DNA of 64,000 nt from Tubiluchus corallicola. Taxonomy: Eukaryota; Animalia; Priapulida. Under the pieces are notes generated by a model. The model worked only from the letters and a program-made list of their open reading frames with translations, ran no database searches and had not been told where the DNA came from. Made by a program: the position numbers and the translations under genes. Positions 24,489-38,250 of the stretch are shown one piece after another. The stretch covers positions 133,186-197,185 of the forward strand of contig JAQGDQ010000438.1 in the NCBI GenBank assembly GCA_030141605.1, in the 5' to 3' direction. Each line of letters begins with the position of its first letter. Within the stretch, counting starts at the first letter, position 1.

Positions 24489-24974
24489 TAATCGGTGACA
24501 TAAGCTCTTGCAGATTGTAGTTGTGTTTTTAAAATCGATGTAAAATAAATATTCATCTTATCATCGTCATCATCATCATCACCACCACCATCACCATCAT
24601 CACTTCCATTATCATCATCATGCAAATTAAAGTTGAAAAACCGTGTCGTCTGAGTTATTTCAAATATTTCACTCAATTGCCCTTTATTTATTCACAACTG
24701 TCCGGTCATTTTATCTGGTCATCATATGTCATTCGATTGCACACATACATCATTCATTATTAATCAATTAAAGGAGAAGGTGCTGAAAAATTGCGACACA
24801 TACAGTTCTTAAACTCAGAAGCTAGAAAATGCTCAACTTTTCGTCTTAAAGATTGTCTTTCGTATGATGTTGGCATTGGAATTTTAATTGAAAGTTAAAT
24901 TTCATTTAAAACACATAAATAGCGGATTTAGCGTTCGCAACGAGGAACTCAAATGTTCATTCGAATTGAAAATA

Positions 24975-25313
24975 AACCTTTTCACAGTTTCGGTGAGCGC
25001 ACGTGCAGTGCTGTAGGTCAAATGTTAAGTGTACCACAGCAACGCGTCTTAGCTGCAAGCGTCACGTGACATGTGAGCAAAGCAAAGTATCAGTTCAGTA
25101 GCTTCAGTTGTTTTACGTGGACTTTACTTAGTTATGCATTAGCCTGTGTAGAATCTTGCTTGGGAACAAGAAAAAATGACCTAGGTAAGGTCCCTTTTTT
25201 TAAATTACTATTACTATAGCATGGATTGTCAAGTCAACACAAATGTGCTGTCTGGTACCCCAACCTTTGACCTTCTTACGATCATCATCAATCACTGGAA
25301 CTGTGAAAAGGTT
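24975..25313 (+). mobile_element. TIR MITE of uncertain superfamily, copy 1
   Basis: Perfect 15-bp TIR AACCTTTTCACAGTT / AACTGTGAAAAGGTT; body matches the reverse complement of 53512-53897. Confidence 0.8.
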
Positions 25314-26063
25314 GAAAATAATGTCGAGCTAGCGAAGAAGCCTGCTGTTGCAACTCACTAAAATTACTCGACAATTAATAACATGAATTCATTACAATAG
25401 CAGCTCCATCGACACAACTAATGCACACGTAAACGGTTCAATAATTTACATTTGAAAATTGTTCATGCCTTAATTAATTCGGCATTTTTGGGTAAACAGA
25501 AATTTTTCTGCCTCCTAAAGACATCGATTTTTCATTCTCCCCGCGTTTCGTTTTCAACAGATTCTCGCGAACACAACGCAAAGCACAACGGTAATTTGCA
25601 AAGCAGCAGAGGATCATTTTTTACCTCTGTTTCAGCATTTCAACAGCGTCCGACAATATTTTTGTGTGCTCTTCCTGTTTCTCTGCCATTTGACAAATTG
25701 CTGATACTCTGTCTTTTCTTCTATGATAAATTATGCACTTTTCTGTGTACAATTTGAACGGATGCATTAATAAAAAACACTGACATCTATTCCCTGCCGT
25801 GTCATATTCATAATTTTAAGTGCATGCTAAAGAACCTCTGTGAGTCGTGTGGTTTCTTAAAAGCCTCGTAAACCTTCAAATGTGAACCACATGCTTTTGC
25901 AAAGTGGAAAAATCCATTCCAGGTCTAACCACATGGGATGTTAACTGGGTACAGGCGAAATTTCATAAACTGAGTAAAATTACGTTGATTTTAAGTGGCG
26001 GAACCAAAATAATCACTGCCAGTGTCACGAAGTGAAGGAATTTGCTGTTCTGAGTGCAACCTT

Positions 26064-26505
26064 AGTTTAAACATAATTTGTGATCAGACAGTTTGAACAA
26101 CATGATTTAAGATCCTCACCACAACAGACTTTATACACTCTTTACAAAAACATTTACAGTAAGAATAGACTATAACTACACAAGCTGACAAGTTTTACTA
26201 CAAGATTACATTAGACATTAGTAACATTTACAGTAAGAACAGACTATAACTACACAAGCTGACAAGTTTTACTACAAAAATACATTAGACATTAGTAGAA
26301 AATGGCGGTTAGTAAATATTAATGTACGAATATTTAAGAATGATGCATTTTATATCAGATAGAAACTACTGGAAGCGTTTAGTACATAATATAAAGTCAT
26401 GTATGCATTGGAATATTTTACAGTTAGTAACATAGTTAAATTCATCATTTCCGAATAATAACAACTTCAACAGATCATTAATTCCTAAGGCAGCTATATT
26501 AAGGG
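26064..26505 (-). mobile_element. CR1-family LINE 3' end, copy 2 (two 74-bp units in 3'UTR)
   Basis: Minus frame LNIAALGINDLLKLLLFGNDEFNYVTNCKIFQCIHDFILCTKRFQ*, a typical invertebrate CR1 ORF2 C-terminus. TSD core GAGTGCAACCTT on both sides. Confidence 0.85.
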
Positions 26506-26722
26506 TTTCGGAGTGCAACCTTGTTTTCCAATCATTTTTGAACAATAATAAAAATCCATTTCTACTCGTTTTAGTTGTTTCACTGACTATAAGAATGAAG
26601 AAGGTTTCTTCAAATCTGAACTTGCATTCCTAAAACTGCTCGTTCGTTATCATTATTCATCCATTACTATAAAGAAGTTATCACCAAAGTGCATTCGGCG
26701 GAACACTGAACTCTTTTGCCAA

Positions 26723-28168
26723 AATCAGCCTCAGAACTTCCGAATTTCTCAACGTGAAACAGACTGCATTTCGCCATCTTGATTTTGAAGTGCTCCACGT
26801 GATCGTGACGTCATCGACATGAGTTGCCAAGAATTTTGTGGCGTTGAAAGCAAATTTGCTTAGCAAAGTTGACGTGAATAATCAGCAGGCGAAAATTCTC
26901 TCTTTATGTTCCTATGCTCCACATGATGCAGGGCAAGGGGTATCTCAGGAACAGTCTATCGAAACCTGTACGTTTTTCCAGATATGAGTCGAGTAGGGTT
27001 TTGACACTGACATGCCTATATAACAATGTTGGTAACACGTTTCACTTATACAACAGAACATAATTAAGAAATAAAATTTATATTAAACGGAATATTCAAC
27101 CTGAAGTTTATAAGCAGTCGACATTTTATGGCACTAATATTCAGTGCCAGATTATGTGCAGGCCCCTAGGATTATGAAATTATGTAGCCCGCGCTACACA
27201 AACAAGGATCATTTAACTCAAATAAAAAGGCTTCAAACAGGAACTCTTTATCTCAAATATTTTATATATAAACTTTACTTATTTTGAGTTGATTTACAAC
27301 ACAGTAGCATCTCAAATAATGATTTGCTAATCTCAAATAATGAGTCACAAATAGGGACTACTTTTTTAATTTTGGGTTTCAGAGTTTTGGGCTTAATTTT
27401 TTTAAAATTGAAATTTGATTTTAACTTAAATGAATTATTCACCAATGCAAAATATTAAAATATCACACTTATTTTTCAAAAAAAATTTGTTTTTGAAAAT
27501 CTTTTAGTAGGGTCCCCCGAGAACCCCCGTAACTTGAGGGGTCCTAGGCTGTAGCCTATGGGGTAATCCAGCCCTGCTAACATTACTAATAATGTAACGG
27601 TGTGTATATACAACTGGGGGCTTGTTCGACAATGCACAAATTAGGTTCTTGTCGATTAGTAATTTTCTACTTGTTAAAAGAAAACAGGATCCCATCTTAA
27701 ACTGCAGCTCAAAACAAGCTAATCTATAAAATATTGAATGGAAACATGCCATTTCTTTCTTTCCCTTTAGATCTTGCAAAAATGATATTTCTTTCCGTTT
27801 AATATAGATTTTGTTTCTTAATTATGTTCTGTTGTATAAGTGATACGTGTTACCAACATTGTTATATAGGCATGTCAGTGTCAAAACCCTACTCGACTCA
27901 TATCTGCAAAAACGTACAGGTTTTGATAGGCTGCTCCTAAGATAGCCCTTGCCCTGTATCGTGAAGAGCATAGGAACATAAAGAGAGAAATTTCGCCTGC
28001 TGATTATTCATGCAAACTTTTCTAAGCAAATCCGCTTTAAACGCCACAAAATTCTTGGCAACTCATGTCGATGACGTCACGATCACGATCACGTGGCGCA
28101 CTTCAAAATCAAGATGGCGAAACGCAGTCTGTTTCACGTTGAGAAATTGGGAAGTTCTGTAGCTGATT
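26723..28168. mobile_element. Foldback-type element with ~370-bp imperfect inverted arms
   Basis: 26723-27092 is the reverse complement of 27793-28168 (e.g. GATATGAGTCGAGTAGGGTTTTGACACTGACATGCCTATATAACAATGTTGGTAACACGT). Confidence 0.9.
27142..27576 (-). mobile_element. hAT-type MITE nested in the foldback spacer (same family as 19952-21543)
   Basis: TIR CAGTGCCAGATTA / TAATCCAGCCCTG; 8-bp TSD CTAATATT/CTAACATT (7/8). Confidence 0.82.
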
Positions 28169-28184
28169 AACGATTGGTCAAGAA

Positions 28185-28460
28185 AAGCAGATTGACACGT
28201 TTCATAGAAGTCGCCTAAGGAAAGTTTTAAAGATAATGGCCGTTCATAATTAAAAATTTATGCACTAGAACGAAAGAAATTCCTTCGGGTTCAAACGTCA
28301 AGATCCGAAGGTGAAGATGGTTATGACATCTTCTGAGATTGCCAAATGAAACACCAGTAAGAATTGCCTTAAAGAAAGCAAAAAAACGGCATACAACGTG
28401 GATAGCTAAGATAAATAAAGATGTTCAGCAACTTCAACCAAATGCCAAGACATGTGCACT
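28185..28460 (+). pseudogene. Degraded RTE-clade LINE fragment
   Basis: IDTFHRSRLRKVLKI..RW..HLLRLPNETPVRIALK, with frameshifts. Confidence 0.6.
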
Positions 28461-28481
28461 TGAATAATACTGTGATACCGG

Positions 28482-28889
28482 TTGTACTCAAGTTTAAATA
28501 CTATGCGCATTAATACTTTAAGAGTGAAGTTTAGTAATTATTCTGCTAATGTTAAATCCTTTCTCTTCGAAAGTTACAGTTGTACCTTCTACTGTTGTTC
28601 ACTGTGGGGTAATTTTGACAAATGTTCCAGAGAAACCCAGGATGTGTCATATAACAATAGTATAAGGAAACTTTTTAAACTTAAATGTGATTGCAGTGCA
28701 TGTCAGATGTGTGTAGATTTATCTCTTCCACATTTCATGTACGACGTGAGTGTTATTATAGTCTGTTTACTAGAATTAGGTAATCTGGCAAATGTGCCGA
28801 TAGCAAATGTTGCAAAAGATCCTGATGTGAGATATACTTCAACATTTTTCAGTTTCTGGGTAGCTGTTAATATTTATTGTTGCGTGTAA
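28482..28889 (+). pseudogene. Proto2-like LINE ORF C-terminal fragment (diverged subfamily)
   Basis: NTLRVKFSNYSANVKSFLFESYSCTFYCCSLW..YNNSIRKLF is homologous to the peptide at 9955-10182. Confidence 0.7.
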
Positions 28890-28915
28890 TTAGTAGAGTT
28901 CGTAAAAAAATTTTA

Positions 28916-29298
28916 TAGTGTAGTGTAGTGTAGTGTAGTGTAGTGTAGTGTAGTGTAGTGTAGTGTAGTGTAGTGCAGTGTAGTGTAGTGTAGTGTAGTG
29001 TAGTGTAGTGTAGTGCAGTGTAGTGTAGTGTAGTGTAGTGCAGTGCAGTGTAGTGTAGTGTAGTGCAGTGCAGTGCAGTGCAGTGCAGTACATTACAGTA
29101 CAGTACAGTACAGTACAGTACAGTACAGTACAGTACAGTACAGTACAGTACAGTACAGTACAGTACAGTACAGTACAGTACAGTACAGTACAGCACAGCA
29201 CAGCACAGCACAGCACAGCATAGCATAGCATAGCATAGCATAGCATAGCATAGCATAGCATAGCATAGCATAGCATACCATAGCATAGCATAGTATAG
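28916..29298. repeat. Compound pentanucleotide microsatellite (YAGYR)n
   Basis: Blocks TAGTG, CAGTG, CAGTA, CAGCA, TAGCA, TAGTA. Confidence 0.97.
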
Positions 29299-29565
29299 TA
29301 ATTTAATGCTTTTTGGCCAATAAGACCAATCAAATCACAAGCATCCATACAACAAAATTTTACATACAAATGCAAACAAACTTAGCTTCAGGCCTACAGC
29401 ACTTTGAACAGAGAAATCGTGAGATTGCATCATACAAGTTAGTTTGTCATCAATATTTACAAAGTAAAAGTCTGGAATAGAACCCGTGATTGTATTTACA
29501 AGGAAGTTACGGACGATGTTATGTTTAGAGCTAAATAGAAGAAAATGACATTCGCCACCGTGCAA
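29299..29565 (-). mobile_element. RTEX-like LINE 3' end
   Basis: GECHFLL..VRNFLVNTITGSIPDF..DDKLTCMMQSHD resembles the ExHFLL C-terminal domain; the 3'UTR runs into the pentamer tract. Confidence 0.5.
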
Positions 29566-30182
29566 ACGTTGGGAATCGCTCAGTCCCGGTTCTTCCTCAC
29601 TTGGCGAGCGATGGTGCTCCTATAGGGGATTTTATTTCTGGGATAGACAGCCTCTGTTTCTCATTGATTAGTATTCAGTATTATTAATTCAGGAAAAACA
29701 TGCAGCTCACATTGCTCTAGGCATATTGGGCAGTGGTTGCTATCAAACTATGCAATTTTTTCAAGCAATTCTATGGGGGGGCTTCATACGCCTTAAAATT
29801 GCCTGTAACAAGCTGCTGTTTTCTCTGTAACAAGGTACTGACGCTCATTTAAGCTGGCTAATTAAGTTTCATTCTGTGGGGACTATTTTAACACAGCAGT
29901 TAATTGAAATGCATCATGTTTTTAAAACTATACTGTATAATCAAACAGCAATTAACTACAGCGTTCTCCCCGGGAACTGAACATTAATTGCTTATTAATG
30001 AGCTACAAAGTTATTTTAAACGATCGTAAACTTAATTACAAGCAGTTTGATCGTCATTACGCCTACAGAAAGACAAAGCAGGCTAATAAAGTAAGAAAAT
30101 TTAAATGCTGAATTTAATTTATTTCAAAAAAATGATCTGATTCTTAATGCAGATCAATAAAAAATAAAATACATCGCGGTAA

Positions 30183-30495
30183 AATGAATGAATAAATGAA
30201 TGGGTGAATGAATGAACGAACGAACGAACAAACGGAACAATGAATAAGCAAAATAAATGGGTGAGTGTATGAACGAACGAACGAACAAACGAATGAATGA
30301 ATAAATAACTAAATGGGTGAGTGAATGACTGAACGAACGAAAGAACGAACGTACAAACGAATGAATAAATAAATAAACGAATTGGTGAGTGAAAGAATGA
30401 ACGAACGACCGAACGAATGAATAAATAAGTAAATGAATAAGTAAATGAATGAGTGAATGAATGAATAAACATATATGAAACAAAGAACGAACAAA
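30183..30495. repeat. Degenerate (GAAT/GAAC)n tract
   Basis: Seen directly. Confidence 0.9.
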
Positions 30496-30736
30496 AACTC
30501 AAGAAATTAGCAAGCAGTTAAATTATTACGTGAGCAAAACGGCGAGTTATCATGTACATAAATAATTAAACAAATAAATTATTAAATAAATAAATTGAGA
30601 AATAAACCAATGAACAAACACTAAACAAATGAGGCGAAAGACTAATCTAGTCTGCTGATAGAAGTGAAAAAATAAAAGTCCATGTTTGCTGCTACCTGGT
30701 TGTTGTTTCTAATGTTGTTAATGTTGTTGCTGCCAC

Positions 30737-31519
<783 letters not shown>

Positions 31520-32129
31520 TTGTGGTGGAGGTCGTGGTGCTTTCTGCTTGTGTTGTTTCGTTCACGTGCATTGCTGTAACAGTCGTTTGTAAAATCATTC
31601 CAAAAAAGTTATTGACTTTTCACGTTTCAAGTTATATGACCAGCCTGGTGGGCTTAGAAAACTTCAACGCTTTCAGAGACGATTTAAAAACAGCATTAGA
31701 AGTTCGTAAACTGCTCCAAACAGATTTACTGCGTCGCTGCAAATTTCCAAGGCAGCTTTATTTCATTTTACAACCCCAAGAAGCTGTTACTGTGTGAAGC
31801 CAGTTGATATCAAAAGTGAAGTTTATAAAGCGAGTCAGACTTAGACAGGTTTGACTGTAAATCTGTTGTGAGAATCGTTTGCTAAGTTGTGTCGTCTTCG
31901 TGACGTCACTCCGCCATATGTGACTGCAGAATCTTATTAATCAACTCACATAAATGCTATTTTGCTTTTATATTTGTTTGTGCGTTATTCTTGATCTTAT
32001 AAACTGTTGGGTTGTTTTAATTACCTTCTTGAAAGATGATGCTTCTTTTTTTACAACAGATAGATATAATTTATAAACGTAAACAGATTGTGGCTGTTAT
32101 AGGTCTTCCTTTATTGTTTGTTTTTCGTG

Positions 32130-32309
32130 CTTAGGTAGATTAGGTAAGTAGGTAGGTTTGATAGGTAGGTAAGTAGCTAGGTAGTAGTTAGGCACATAGC
32201 TAGGTACGTTGACTGGTAGGTAGGTAGATTGGTAGGTAGGTATTGTTAGGTATGTAGGTACATGGGTAAATGTGGGTAGCAATATGGATAGGGAGGGAGG
32301 GAAAAAAGA

Positions 32310-32364
<55 letters not shown>

Positions 32365-32407
32365 AGCGAGAGAGAGGGGGAGGGCGAGAGGGAGGGAGGG
32401 AGAGAGA

Positions 32408-32458
<51 letters not shown>

Positions 32459-32459
32459 C

Positions 32460-32494
<35 letters not shown>

Positions 32495-32533
32495 GAGAGA
32501 AAGAGAGAGAGAGAGAGACAGAGACAGAGAGAC
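32130..32533. repeat. Degenerate (TAGG)n followed by (GA)n
   Basis: Seen directly. Confidence 0.9.
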
Positions 32534-33070
32534 GTAGATGATAAGATGCAGAAAGTTTGCTACGTGTCATTATACCCATTACACCCCCGTACTTGCAAAA
32601 ACTCACACTTATATGTTCATAATAAATTAAAATCTCTGAGGCGCGTAACAGCGAAATGATTTTTAATTTATAGCGGATAATTACATTAATTAAATTTACC
32701 TCATATGATGATGCACTTTTAAGCACCTGCCAATTAAAAGTCGTTTTCGTAACGGCAGCAGTAACAGTAGCGGGAGCAACAACAACGAAATGAAGAGTAA
32801 TGTTACCGTCATCGTTAGTCTTGCCATCACCACCACCATTATCATCATCGTCGTCACTATCGCTATCACCGTCATTGCTGTTAGGCAATTAACGTCATCT
32901 TTCAAGGCTCTTTTATCATTTTATCATTTCATTTCGCTTTCGCCATATATCAATGTATTATTCAGTTTCTAGATTTACAAAACCCCAACAAGTACTGATA
33001 GTGGTATTCGGAAAAAACAAGCGTTTTCCATGTTAATACAGAAGATCATGGAATCCCAATTAGTGTAGAT

Positions 33071-33453
33071 CAGGGGTGTGCAAATTATCTGACCAGCCGG
33101 GCCACATTAAACATTCCCGCAATTCCTGTGGGCCACATGCAGTTTGGTCAAGGAGCCAAGTACAGTAGGACCTAATAACGATTTTTCTGCATCCGATTTG
33201 TGCACATCATCACTACTGCACTACTACACTAAAAAAACTATTTTAGAAATTATTAAAATTTACATTAAAAACCAAATATTTCGTCATGTCCGACAGTGAC
33301 ATTAAGTGACAACGGTCTTGTAAGGGTTAATGCCATCCGATCTAGAGGAAAAAACTACCCGCACTATCTTTGCGATTTTGGGCCGCACTTTCATTACGTT
33401 GACAAACCTCTTCGCGGGCCGCACAAGATCTCTCGGCGGGTCGCAGTTTGCAG
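33071..33453 (+). mobile_element. hAT (Charlie-like) MITE, copy 1 (right TIR partly deleted)
   Basis: CAGGGGTGTGCAAATT start; 8-bp TSD GTGTAGAT at 33063-33070 and 33454-33461; inverted relative of 38251-38750. Confidence 0.88.
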
Positions 33454-33690
33454 GTGTAGATAATGACAGAAATAATTGATTTCGTAAGCCAAATCTACTC
33501 TCTGAGTAATTAACTTGTTTGTGCTTGAGTGGTTAGAATCAGACTTCGAAATTTACTAAAAACCTTGCGCAGATCGTATTTTAAAAGTTATTTGGAACCA
33601 CAATCATTGAACAATGCGCTGATAGTGAGATAAAATAGCTTAGTGGTCACCGTGCGTGCTTGACTACTATAGTAACAGCTCCAAGCTCAA

Positions 33691-34313
33691 AGGACAAGAA
33701 AGGAGGCACCTCAAGTACTTTATAGCAATTTTATGCACATATCGTACTCGCGTTAAAAGGATTTTTAGCTGATTTCCATTTTAAATTTCCCGCGACACTG
33801 TTCCAACCGCGTCATTATGTGACGTCACCTACGCACAACGTAAATCAGGAAAAGAAAAGGAAATGTTAAACTATGTCAAGAAAAACTTTCCATGCAAAGT
33901 TATATTACCTAGCATTTCGCTTACTTGCTAGAAAGACTTATGTAACCAGAAAAGAAAATTATTAGTTATTTAAAATGCTTTCACCAATTGGTAAAATGTC
34001 GCCGACTCACCCTCCAGGGTGCGCCACTCACTAACGAAAATATATTTTTAATCTTATTAACAAGATACAGTAATTTTGAATTTTATTGTATTAGTGACGT
34101 GAGCGCTACGAATGCTGTGATTATTTTTTCAAACTTTACTCAATGTTATCTAAACTTGTTTCAAATTACTTATCGTCAAAATGGCTGCAGGTAACGGTCA
34201 TCGCGGGAGTTTAAATTTAAATGTTATAAACAGCGTCACTGCCGACGCAAGCCCAATATACCAAAACACAGTACATAAGTTATACGAAATTTCAAGATGA
34301 ATTTTTTAAGCTT
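33691..34313 (+). mobile_element. Kolobok-type MITE family 2, copy 2 (right end missing)
   Basis: Collinear with 4930-5570 (e.g. GACTCACCCTCCAGGGTGCGCCACTCACTA is shared). Confidence 0.8.
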
Positions 34314-34678
34314 TGAGTTTGATCTTTAGAACTGAGATTTTTTCAGATCCGTTTTGCAATTATAATTTCTACACAGGGAGGTATAACACCCCTCCTTTCG
34401 AATTATGGGCCATATACGCACATTGAACAGACTTCTGCATCATATCTCTGTCTTTTTACTGCCTTAATCATCGAGTGAAGACAACGTGTTGCCACTAACA
34501 ACAATTTAACATTAGTAGTAAGTATTACCCTTCTGGCTGTAGATTTGATTTAATTTTGATTTACTTCTTTATTTCAAACTTTCATTCATATCGTATTAGT
34601 ACAACATTAAAAATGTATACAACAAAAATACAAGTAAATAAATACACAAGCACACAAAGTAAACAACATTACAAATAA

Positions 34679-35460
34679 TAATATATATATAATCTTTATT
34701 TGCCATTAAAATACATTGATAATCACTGATAAAAACTTTACAGAGATAATCAATCAGTGTTAGTTAATAAAAACTTACACTGCTAAAGGCAAATGCGTCA
34801 GTGCAATCTAAACTACTGTGCAGTAATGGAAAGTAACGACGAATAAAATCAAACATATTTACAAAATATGCACAAAAAATGAAAAAACTATGATTTAATT
34901 ATTATGGCGGTGGATATATGAATTGTGAATTAGTGTGTATGTTGTCGTACTGGTGTGATGGTATTTCATATCTGGTTAATATTAGTGATTTTAATTTTGT
35001 TTTAAATGCTGATAGGGACTTGATTTGTTTAACCTGTAATGGTAGAGAATTCCAAAGTAGAATTGCTTGTTTGATTACAGAGTTCGTTCCATAGTGGGTA
35101 TTTGTCCTAATTTGTTTTAGATTGCTTGTTCTGGAATTAACGATAGGATTTAGAAAAAAGGTAAATCTGTTATTTTGGAATGGTTTGCTGATGTTGTTAA
35201 TGTATTTAAATATAAAAAGCAGAGTAAAATATTCTTTGTGTGCTTCAATGATTGGAAATTTTAAAGTTTTTCTCAGGTTAGTTGTTGAAGCTTTGAATTT
35301 TTGTCTACCTGCCTTACGTTTTGTATGAGTACCCAGCTATCAATCTCAATGCATAGTTCTGAAGGAGATTTAATTTTAAGTAATTTTCTCTTTTGGTTTT
35401 TTGAATCTAATAATAATAACATTTCGCATTGGCTTCAATCATTATATCAACGCATATCAA
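34679..35460 (-). mobile_element. CR1-group (Crack/Daphne-like) LINE 3' fragment
   Basis: Minus strand: LQNYALRLIAG .. THYGTNSVIKQAILLWNSLPLQVKQIKSLSAFKTKLK, then AATAAA and a (TA)n tail. Confidence 0.75.
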
Positions 35461-35472
35461 CAATGTAAAAAA

Positions 35473-35700
35473 TTAAGCATACAATATCCTTCTCCTAATC
35501 TTTCTTATACTGTAAGTAAATAAAGTATCACTACCGAATATCGTTCTACATAACAAGTTTTCACTGTTTGAAATTCTAGTATCCAGACTGTAAATGCTTT
35601 TCCTGTAAATAACATCAAAGTATACTAATTTATGTCCCTGGCACTGTGATCGAACTGATAAATGAAAAAAATTTCGCATTGATTTATTATGTACAGAGAA
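35473..35700 (-). pseudogene. Proto2-like LINE ORF C-terminus; its 3'UTR probably continues at 34540-34675
   Basis: YFDVIYRKSIYSLDTRISNSENLLCRTIFGSD is homologous to YFDVIHRKYAYSLHVRLNKSENFICKNILNSD at 50710-50800. Confidence 0.75.
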
Positions 35701-36849
35701 CTTGCGGGTAGTTTTCACCCAACTGCAGACAGGAGACAGAGAAATTTACTCTGCACCGCCATGGCTGCAGTTTTTTGTAAAGTTTTAGTGCAGTGCTCTA
35801 TAATTATAATAATATGATGTCTCTCAGACAACATATGAGGTTGTAAAGGGAGATATACTCTATAAATATTTAAACTCTTGCAATAAAACTGATGGCACTT
35901 AGTATCCGTGATCAATGCAGGGGGCTCGTGCAAGGAAAGGTCGCTAAAATGTCCCTATATCCGATTTAAATGCAATTTGTCCAAGCCGAAAAGGAAATGT
36001 AACCTACTCACTTGAGCTTTTTACAGAAACAGAACATTATCAGAAAAAACTCTGATTATTGATTCAATGCGTTGGATCAAGGAGATTCAATAAAGTATGT
36101 TTGAACTGAATTTCGATTGTACTTACGCGCGTAAGATTTCTCATATTTATACTGCACAGTGGATAGAGTACCTTCGCTGTGTTTACCTGTCTTGAGAGTA
36201 GATTTCTTTTTCTTTCATTTTAGAGTTCTTATTGCCCAATGTGCACAATAGACGTAATGTGGAAGTGGTGCTGACAAGCCACTGGAGTAGCTGTGTCTAG
36301 TTTTTTTTGCGGGATACTGCTGCGTTTACCTGTCTGAAGGCAGATTTCTTTTATTTTAGAATTCTGCCTGCCCAATGTCTACAATAGACGTGACGGGCAT
36401 AATTTTGGCCAAAGAATTTTGCGAATAAAATGGCCAAAGAATATATATATAATCTTTATTTATTTAAAGTGGATTAACAAAACAGTAGTACCTAATTCAA
36501 ATCTCTCCACAAGTGCAGGTGCAAGTGAGTTAGTGCATTAAAACATCAGTGCTAATATAACATCGTTAAGATTTTCAAGCAAAATATTATAAATTAGGCA
36601 TACATATATCAGTTTGGCATAATATATATCATATGAGCATTAAACAATGCAATAGATGATCTAAATTAAACAATGCATGAATTCACGTCAAAATAAGTTC
36701 TAATCTGCAAGGACAATGGCAATGTTGTTCTTATTTAGCAATATTCTTATTTATCTATTCTTACTCAGTATTTATTTTTACTTGAACCTTCTGATTGATT
36801 TGAACTTTTTGTTTCATTTTGTTTGATTTTAAAGAAAATATGAAATCGG

Positions 36850-36957
36850 GGACCGGATTCACAAAGTTGTTACTAGTTAACGACGTCATTATTACATTGA
36901 TTTAACTATTAATAACGACTTTGTTAAGTTAATGACGGGTTTGTGAAATCGTATCCA
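36850..36957. mobile_element. Small degenerate TIR element (Harbinger-like ends)
   Basis: GGACCGGATTCACAAA ... TTTGTGAAATCGTATCC imperfect inverted ends. Confidence 0.4.
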
Positions 36958-36958
36958 G

Positions 36959-37110
36959 GAATTACGTAACAAAGTCAAGGCAGAGGATTGGACAGTTCAA
37001 TTCAAACAGAGAAGACAAGATGGTATAGGACATGTTATGCGACTGTCCAGATGACAGCCCAGTAAAATTAGCCTTCTGAGAAGTACTACTGAAAGAAAAG
37101 AAACCACAAG
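36959..37110 (+). pseudogene. Degraded RTE-clade LINE fragment
   Basis: ELRNKVKAEDWTVQFKQRR..GHVMRL..DDSPVKLA, with frameshifts. Confidence 0.5.
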
Positions 37111-37369
37111 GATTTCAACTGCTGACTGAAATTAATTTCATTAGAAAGGTCTTATCAACACACCATTAGATATCAAAAATACATACACAAGCTGTGTAGG
37201 TCGTTCTTTGTCGAATTAGCATCTATGATGTTCTAAAAATATTCACAAAACAATCAATACTAGTTACAATAAATTCATTCAATGTTTTAAACATTCCTAT
37301 CTTGTTATCAGCAACAGCGGCAACAACAACTACAACAACAGTAGTGCCAATGACAGCAGCTTAGCAAAA

Positions 37370-37437
37370 CATCATCATCATCATCATCATCGTCATCATC
37401 GTTATCATCATCATCATCATCATCATCATCGTCGTCG

Positions 37438-37477
<40 letters not shown>

Positions 37478-37519
37478 TTTCATCATCATTTTCATCATCA
37501 TCATCATCATCATCATCAT
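37370..37519. repeat. (CAT)n microsatellite
   Basis: Seen directly. Confidence 0.95.
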
Positions 37520-38250
37520 GGGAGTTTGCGGGTGACATCGCAGCGTGGTCTGAAGTGATTGCAAGAGTCAGAGGATGGAAGATACCTGATAGCAGATACC
37601 AGATGACGTGTGATTCCAGAAATGAATGAAATAAAATGATTCCTTTGCAGCTAATGATAACAAAATTGTAGCAACTTGTGACACTGTGTTCTATACATAT
37701 TAACGTAGTGATCTGTGTTAACTCATTACTCGGATCCCAACATAAGGAACATGACCCTGACGAGGATGTAAGTAATAACAAGGCGGTTTATTAATAAATT
37801 ATAATAAGCGTAGCAAATATACAAGCATGACAACAAGGATGATGAGGTCTGGGATTGGGTGCGTGACTGACTCTTAAATACTTGCGTGACGTCATGCTTA
37901 CATCACTCGTTTTGGGAAGGGGTTTTCACTACAATAATGTGATAATATCCAGAAGGTGGGGGAAGGGGGTAGCCCTATTGCTCCAATTCTGACTATAACA
38001 TCTGGTTATAAGATGTGTTTAAATTAACCTGATTTGCGTGGCGAATGGTTTCTTGCTATCAGAATTAGCTTTGCAATTTGCCAGTTCTTTGATGGATAAT
38101 CGACCGGTGATTGTTTACTTTTTTGCTAAGCCCCGCTGTCTTAGCGCTAGTGTTCAACGTGCAGCAATCGCAGAAGGTGGTTAATTTATAAATGCTCAAA
38201 ATTGAAATTCTTTATAATTTTTCATTATGCTAATCAGTCTTAGTTTAATC

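Noticed and set aside
37750-37800. CTGACGAG hammerhead-like core
   Set aside because: No downstream stem II plus GAAA or flanking helices found.
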